NCBI RefSeq assembly: GCF_006345805.1
Contig: NC_043004.1
Coordinates: 620,001-684,000, forward strand
DNA: 64,000 nt
Reading direction: 5' to 3'
From: Octopus sinensis
Lineage: Eukaryota
Positions 56,071 to 64,000 of this stretch are shown piece after piece. How positions within the stretch are numbered: the first letter of the stretch is position 1; the number at the start of each line of letters is the position of its first letter. Below the pieces are notes generated by a model. The model did no database searches and had not been told where the DNA came from. It saw nothing but the letters and a program-made list of their open reading frames with translations. A program made the translations under genes and the position numbers.

Positions 56071-56786
56071 GTTTGTTTGGAAGAAACTGTGTATATTGCT
56101 ATTCAAAGGAGGATTAATTAGCAAACATTCGGAGATTATTATGAGATGCAATCGCAGATTTCTTGAAACCATCCTCCTCGCCAGGCTAGCCTGGTGTGGG
56201 TGCCTGTTTATTTGCCCACGATATTACTATGCAACAGGTTGTACAGGATTACCAGTACATGTTACCAGTAGCGAAAATGAGAGACCTGTAAGCATTAATG
56301 GACCTACAATTTTGGGCAGGCAGTGATGGTATTTCTGCATGTGCATTGCGGCTTTATTTTTAACTTGACACTTTTTAACTTTATACCTTTTTGTTATTCG
56401 AAAGTCCTACAGCGATAGAAAAGTGGTGAAACATGCAAACTTGACGAGTTGGAAGCATGTAGTTATCGATCTACACATAGATTAATAAATTAAGTGAATA
56501 ATTAAGGTGATGTGGAATGTTTAAGGAATGAGAAACCCTTTCTCGTGCCAACGCTTGGTAGACGCACAATGCAAGAGCACACCTTTGATGCAAGTCTGAA
56601 GAAATGTCACTCTAATGTTTAAAACCGCAAATATTACTTAACCTTTCGCGTAGGACGTTTGAATGAATCGGCGTTGAAAACAGAGTTGATACAGAAACAA
56701 CTGTAATTGGTCATAAAAGATGCGATAAACATTTTCTTCATATTTGGATTACATATATATAATATAGATGTGTAACAAAGATATAT

Positions 56787-57114
56787 AAGTGTCAATTCAT
56801 TACGGCCGTTTCGAGCGACTCTTTTAATTGATCAGTGAATTCGTTATATCATTACAAAGAAAACCGTCCCAATCAGATGACCGCATAAACCTCAAGCATA
56901 AAGGACAAGTTAGATATCTAAATATATTCATATAATCAATTGAGAGCAAATATTTACAATGATTCCGCTGTTAAATTTTTAAATATCTAGCTTGTCCTTT
57001 ATGCTTGAGGTCTATGCGGTCATCTGATCAGAACGGTTTCTTTTGTAATGATGTAATGCTTTCATTGATCAATTAAAAGTGTCGCACGAAGCGGTCGTAA
57101 TGAATTGACACTTA
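56787..57114. mobile_element. Inverted-repeat element with degenerate hammerheads
   Basis: Arms about 56787-56917 and 56984-57114; tcat-ctgat(tg/ca)...gaa(a/g)-cgg(c/t)cg-ta-atga. Confidence 0.6.
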
Positions 57115-57431
57115 CTCATTTATATTTTACTCCCAAATCCTGCAATCTGCACTTCGGAAGTATTTGGAAAGTATATTTATATAAAGTACATGTCTGAGCG
57201 AAGAAGACTGGATTTATTCACTGAGTTGGATCGTGCCATCTGCATAAACTGCAAGAATATCAGGTGGAAAAAATTCTGTGTAGGGTTTGATACTCGCCTA
57301 ATATTGTTTGAGCGTGCAAAGAAGTTCGTTTTAATAAGGTGCCACAATTTAAGTACCTAATTCAACTGAATCTAAATTATTGAAACAAATGATACATGCT
57401 CTTTATTACATGGGGAAATGAAGGTAAATCT

Positions 57432-58235
57432 TCATATTTCAATGTTAGCACCGGTGACGTCAACCAGTTTCCTCAAACGGCCAGGGATGGAATGAACAAC
57501 CTTCTGAAGGACGTCGTCTGGGATATCATTGGGAACCTTCTGAATCCGTGTCTCCAAGTCCTCCAGTGTGCGATCGGTATTGACCGGTTTCATAACATCT
57601 CAGCCATGTCGCTCCAGAGGATGTTTTCAAACAATTTAGGCCAAACTTCATTCCAGCCTAGCATTAACTCTCCATATTCCATTTTGCGGCCATAGTCTTC
57701 AGGTTTTACTTCCTGCACGTAATGCGGTTTCCACGGACGAAAATTTAATTCTTTATGCAACACCGTACGTATTGTGTATTTTGTTAGTCCACTCACACGA
57801 GCTGCTTGACCTGTTGTTTTTTTTGCGGGTTGCGATTAGTCATCTCCTGCACTGTTGCCACGTTCTCCACTGATCGGGATGTGGTTGGACGGTCACTTCT
57901 TGCATCGTTCATGGACCACGTGGTCATCAGCTTTGCTTGACAACTTTTTATTTTGTCCGGACGTAGTGTTGCATGCTTACTTTTCAATGCACGGCACCAT
58001 CTCTGAAACAAAACAGTGGAATTCCACACTTCGTAGTGTGCTGCTATCTTACATCGCTCCTAAACGGTCAAGCGACCGGCTATCTGGAAAATAAGAAATA
58101 AAAAAATAAGGCAATAAGAAAACAAAAAATCCCCATTAGAGTTATTTGTTTAAAAAATGATTTTGTCATGACTTCAGTGATACTAAAAATTCTATAAGCA
58201 GTTTTTAATGTCTAGTTACTTTCCACCCACACTGT
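57432..58235 (-). mobile_element. Internally deleted Tc1/mariner-superfamily element (DUF4817/Tc3-like transposase)
   Basis: TA-CAGTGTGGGTGGAAAG terminus; RSDRPTTSRSVENVATV, TIRTVLHKELNFRPWKPHYVQE..ILWSD joined almost directly to C-terminal TLEDLETRI...RLRKLVDVTGANIE*. Confidence 0.8.
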
Positions 58236-58512
58236 ATATAAAATTGAAGAATAATTACACAAAGTACAACTTTTGAATTAAAATGATCACTTACAAATAA
58301 AATGATATAATACACACACACGCACCCCCCCCCCCAGACACACATAAGGAAAATAAGACAAGGTAGAAAAAGCTAAAATAATTGTATCATGAAGAACATT
58401 TTAGTACCGGTTTCAGTCTTTGCGACTTTTTCAACTTAGAGTAAAGCATGAAAAACAATTAAATTGTGGAAAAATTAAATGAAATGTTTTTAAAAATATT
58501 TCCATAGTTTTT

Positions 58513-58607
<95 letters not shown>

Positions 58608-59640
58608 TCCCCTCATATATCCATATGCTCACGTATTCACATCCTTATAAAAGTACTAAAGTAAATATATGCGTACCTGTACATAGATAGGTGCATTAGT
58701 TCAATATTAGTTGTTTATTGTTATTCAATTGGTTAAATAACAAACTTATTAATTAATAGTTTTTTTTTCTTCATGTGGTGGTTAAACAATCGGTGTTTGC
58801 TAGAGAAAGTCGGTTCGTTGCAATTCGTGACCTCTTCAATGACAAGCGCTCTCACTTCAAGGTCTGTCCTTAAGCAATTGATTAACAATAAAAAAAGGTG
58901 ATGTTGAACCAGTGTGTGGGTTATTATTGTTGACGTAAAGAGCCACCCAAAACACAACAAGATCTACAATGCGGTATTTTATAAATAAATGCATAAATGG
59001 AAACAGTTACACACAGTGAAAGGCGTTCTAACTGTGACTCTATTATTTGATTCAATTATTGGTTGTCGCGACTACATAAGCCAATCTTATGCCTTCCTTT
59101 TATTCTTTTTCGTTAAAGACGGTCGGGTGTCATTTGAAAGATTTTTCTTTGTTATTTCTAGCGGGTCGAGCAACTTCTTAAAGTCACTCATCGGTTCGTC
59201 CGTCCGTCCACTGCAGAAAAAGTATAAACGAGCGAATAACAACAAAAGAGTTAACACAGTTATATGTGGTGCGTACAAATATATACCTTTGTCTCAGAAT
59301 GTCCGTGTGTGTGTATTTGTGTGTTTATTTGTGCGCGCATGCGTATGGAAGTCTGAGAATATTCTCATATATATTTACTAGTTCTGTTCTATATGCGCCA
59401 GTACTGCGTTGTTTTTAAATGTTTTCTTCTTTCTTCCTCTTTTTTCTTCACGCTTCGTTTCTTTCTGCTCCGTCATCGTTCCTATTCATTCGATCTTACA
59501 CATATAAAAAAAAAAAAAACATATTTGTGCGTGCGAGTGCGTGTGTGCGAGTGAGTGTGTGTGTGAAGGTGTATATAATGTGTATATACATACATATACT
59601 CATATATATACACATATGTATATGTATGAGTATTTGTATA

Positions 59641-59812
<172 letters not shown>

Positions 59813-59888
59813 CATACATAAATACAGATAGAAAGACAAACGCACAAGTAAAGATATCTATCTGCCTTCCAGTCAATCTGCCTGTCTG

Positions 59889-60003
<115 letters not shown>

Positions 60004-60086
60004 GCCTGTCTGTCTGTCTGTCTGTCTGTATGTCTGTCTATCTATCTATCTATTTCTGTATATTTACACATACGCACATAAATGTC

Positions 60087-60126
<40 letters not shown>

Positions 60127-60439
60127 TATATACATATATATATAAGCATGTTTCTGTATGTGTGTGTGTCTCTGTGCGTGTGTGTGTTTATGCCAGTGTG
60201 TGTATGTGTGTACAAATGCGTACGAAAATATATACTTATATAATGCACATATTTAAATATGTATAAATGCATGGGTGAGTGAATTAGTAATGACATTCAT
60301 GTGCGCACCTCTGTGTGAGTATATATTAATATATCAATATATCATTATATATCTATATATCTATATCTATATCAAATAAAATTAAAAACAGAGCACAAAG
60401 GATATTGCGTATATATATATATATATGTATATGTATGTA

Positions 60440-61636
60440 TATTGGGTCGTCCCATAAATAATGCGGTTTTCTTAACTGCATGAACTAAAAGTCGGAGGAG
60501 GACGGGATAAACTACTTGCATCAACTTGCTATAAAACCAGGTAGTAATTTTACCTTACTTTTAGTGCAAGTTTTGAACAGTGCAGCTCGATTTTAACAGC
60601 TATTCTTTTCTAAGCTATAATGGAAGTAACAAAGAAGCATATTCGGCATATTTTGCTTTATGAGTTCAAAGAAGGCAACAACACAACGGAAAGTGTGAAG
60701 TATATTAATGCAGCATACGGAGTTAGGACAATAAGCGTGAGCCAGTGTCAACGGTGGTTACAGAAATTCCGTGCCGGAAACTACAGCTTAGAAGATGAGA
60801 CTCGTCCTGGAAGATGTATAGAGCTCGATGAGGTCGTCCTAGAAACCCTGGTAGAAGAAAATCCCATAGTAATTGTTGAGATACTAGCAGAGAAGCTTGG
60901 ATTTGGTCATTCAACCATTCATCGACACCTGTATGCCATCGGAAAAGTCAGAAAATTGGGTCAGACGGTTCCTCACAAACTTTCCGGGTCTATTCTCGCG
61001 TAGAGAGTGAATCTGTGCTTTTCTTTACTGTCACGTCTCATGAATGGACCTTGTTTGGACCGAATAGTGTCTGGTGACGAGAAATGGGTTCTCTATAGCA
61101 CCGAAGACAGCGGGCAGGGAAAAGAGAAACACCGGCACCCAAGGCTAAAGAAGGTCTTCATCTATGTAAGGTGTTGTTATCTGTTTGGTGGGATATGAAA
61201 GGGTTAGTCCACTTTGAACTTTTAAACCCAAACCAAACGATAACAAGAGATCTACTTGGGCGGCTTAAGTCAGTACTAGAAGAAAAACGACCATCTTTGG
61301 TTTCAAGACGGAAGGTGTTCTTCAATCAGAATAATGCTCGTCCACATACAGCGAGGATGACATTCCAAAGGCTGGAACAGTTTGAATGAGAAATGATGCT
61401 CCACCTACCATATGTATATATACATGACGAAAAATACTCCTCCAGTACTGTTCGGACCTCGTCTACATAGTTCATATTTTTTCCGGAATAAATGATAATC
61501 AAATGGGGCAATGTCCTACCATATTCACCAGACATTGCCCCATTTGATTATCATTTATTCCGGAAAAAATATGAACTATGTAGACGAGGTCCGAACAGTA
61601 CTGGAGGAGTATTTTTCGTCATGTATATATACATAT
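60440..61636 (+). mobile_element. Mariner transposase pseudogene
   Basis: 5' TIR-like tattgggtcgtcccataaataatgcgg; MEVTKKHIRHILLYEF HTH region, VPHKL, IVSGDEKWV, NARPH, PYSPDIAPFDYHLF (D,D34D type); stops and frameshifts. Confidence 0.92.
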
Positions 61637-62623
61637 ATATAAATACATATAAATACATATAAATATATCTGTCACAGATCATAGGGATCGCTCGACCTCG
61701 GCCTCTTAAGTCAGCGAAATACTAAGTTATGCCAAGTAATTGTTCATACTACAAGAGTAAGGAACTAGAATTCCTTACTCGTTCATTCTATTATTCTTTT
61801 ATTTGACTGCGTCCATGCTGGAGCACCGCCTTTAGTCGAACATATCGGCCCCAAGACTTATTTTTTGTAAGCCTAGTACTTATTTTATCACGCTCTTTTG
61901 CCGATCCGCTAAGTTACGGGAACATAAACATATCAACATCGGTTGTCCAGCGATGGTGGGGGACAAACACACACATACATACGATGGGCTTCGCTCAGTT
62001 TTCGTCTACCAAATCCACTCACAAGGCTTTGGTCGGTCCGAGGCTATAATAGAAGACACTTGCTCAAGTTGCCATTCAATGGGACTGAACCCAGAACCAT
62101 GTGGTTGGCAAGCAAGCTACATACCACACAACAATTCCTGCACCTTTTAAGTGTTTTTTTTTATTGCCTTTATCTAAAAAGTCTGATCCGAAGCGGGGCA
62201 ACTGATACGTTTGCAACTTCAGCAGACATCTTTGTTGCTTAGTTTTAATGCTTTTCCTTCTGTGATTGATCTCATATTGAACATCTTTTACAAATGTAAC
62301 GATCCTAGTTCAATTATAACAAGAAACACAGCTGATGACACATTAACAAGAAATGACAAGTGGAAATAATGACAAAATCATTACATCTTAAAATCGGAAT
62401 AAGAGCGGCTTGTGTGTTGTGAGTTAATTTGAAAAGAATTGACAGATCGAAATAACGAGGCGGAAAATGAAAGGAAGATTACATGGGAAGATTTGAGAGT
62501 GACAGCATATCTTTGATGATTAGAAAAACTTATTAATGAAGGTATAAAGAGAATGAGAGGAACGAGGTGGAAGAAGAAAATAGGCAACGTGGGAGAAACA
62601 AAGAAGTTAAGCTAATAATAATA

Positions 62624-62670
<47 letters not shown>

Positions 62671-63112
62671 TTCAATTGATGTAAACGTATCTGCCAATAC
62701 CTACCAAAAACTGAGCAAATATAAAGATCTTGAAATTGAAATCAGCAAAATGTGGAACCTGAAGACTAAAACAATACCTGTTGTCATAGGTGCCCTGGGA
62801 ATGATAGCAAAAGGGGCTGATTGCTACCTAACTCAGATACCAGGAAACCCCAAAATGGCAGAAGTTCAAAAGATAGTGCTCATGGGAACTGCTCATATCC
62901 TACGCAAAATACTTTCTATGTAATCTCAAGTTTTAAAACAAACAACTTTCGTATGGTTTTTTAGGCATTCACTAATACAACACTAAGTACAAAACCAAAT
63001 ATATGGCACCCTGGGCATAACACCAACATGAACTTCTAGCTTGTCTCTTGAGGTCTCTGGGTTAGACTTGGAGCCAACTTGTGCAAATGTAAAGCAAAAG
63101 TCAAGCATAGAA
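62671..63112 (+). mobile_element. R4/Dong-type LINE 3' end inside (TAA)n
   Basis: KLSKYKDLEIEISKMWNLKTKTIPVVIGALG...VQKIVLMGTAHILRKILSM* plus 3' UTR; (TAA)n on both sides. Confidence 0.88.
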
Positions 63113-63264
<152 letters not shown>

Positions 63265-63294
63265 TAATAATAATATAATAATAATAATAATAAT

Positions 63295-63837
63295 AATATT
63301 CTGTGGGACTTTCCAGTACATACAGACCGAACCATCAAGGCCAATAAACCAGATATTGTTGTGAAAGACCAAAACAATAAAGTTTGCTTATTGATCGACA
63401 TGAGCATCCCCTGTGATCATAATATCTCAGCGAAAGAGTTTGACAAGCTCAGAAAATATAAAGACCTACTCATTGAAATTGAGAAAATGTGGCATCTCAA
63501 GGCGGTTACAATACCAGTGATCGTAGGAGCGCTAGGAATGATCAAGAAGGCAACCGAAAATTATATGAGAATGATCCCTGGCTTACCATCCCTGCAAGAA
63601 GTGCAAAAGATTGTCTTAACTGGTACATCACACGTATTGAGAAGAGCATTGTCGATGTGAGAACTGTTGCTGCTCATGTATTTTAATTTAACTTAAAAAA
63701 AAAAAAAAAAAAAAATTAACGAACTACTGAGTTTGGTTTAATGGCCTACTAATATACACTATGAGTTTCTTTGCCCTAGGAGTCGGGAAGACACTCGGCA
63801 AGAAATGGAAGAAAATTTGAAAGAAGAAAAAAAAAGT
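63295..63837 (+). mobile_element. R4/Dong-type LINE 3' end inside (TAA)n, uninterrupted RLE frame
   Basis: ILWDFPVHTDRTIKANKPDIVVKDQNNKVCLLIDMSIP...KLRKYKDLLIEIEKMW...PVIVGALG to a stop at 63660; (TAA)n on both sides. Confidence 0.9.
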
Positions 63838-64000
63838 AATAATAATAATAATAATATAATCAGTATATTTATTATGCTTTCATTAGTGTTTAGATGAATA
63901 TTTTTATAATTGCATGTATTTCAAAATTTCTCTGCAGTTTGTCTTCGTCATTTAAGGGGAATATTTGAAATTATGTAGATATATTAGGGACATCAAATGC

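Overview
AT-rich, microsatellite-saturated animal genomic DNA. The repeat families suggest an octopus or other coleoid cephalopod; this is an inference, not a database result. The only host gene I can support is the 3' end of mitochondrial ribosomal protein S9 (MRPS9): four plus-strand coding exons at 2074-10950 with phase-compatible GT-AG junctions and a polyA signal. The rest is mostly transposon debris: tRNA-derived SINEs, an RTE LINE, R4/Dong-type LINE 3' ends in (TAA)n tracts, four Tc1/mariner transposase relics, hAT, piggyBac and pogo MITEs, Helitrons and Penelope-like (PLE) remnants. Three things stand out. (1) At least six sequence-distinct families of type I hammerhead ribozyme motifs, mostly in inverted-repeat pairs; the pair at 41.9-44.0 kb has an intact catalytic core. 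(2) A repeated element joining a tRNA-like Pol III promoter to a hammerhead-bearing tail. (3) A degenerate tandem array of about 0.7 kb units at 23.3-30.1 kb with codon-like divergence and no family I recognise. Almost all ORFs in the supplied track are microsatellite or repeat artefacts. Repeat boundaries are approximate unless a target-site duplication (TSD) or terminal inverted repeat (TIR) is quoted.
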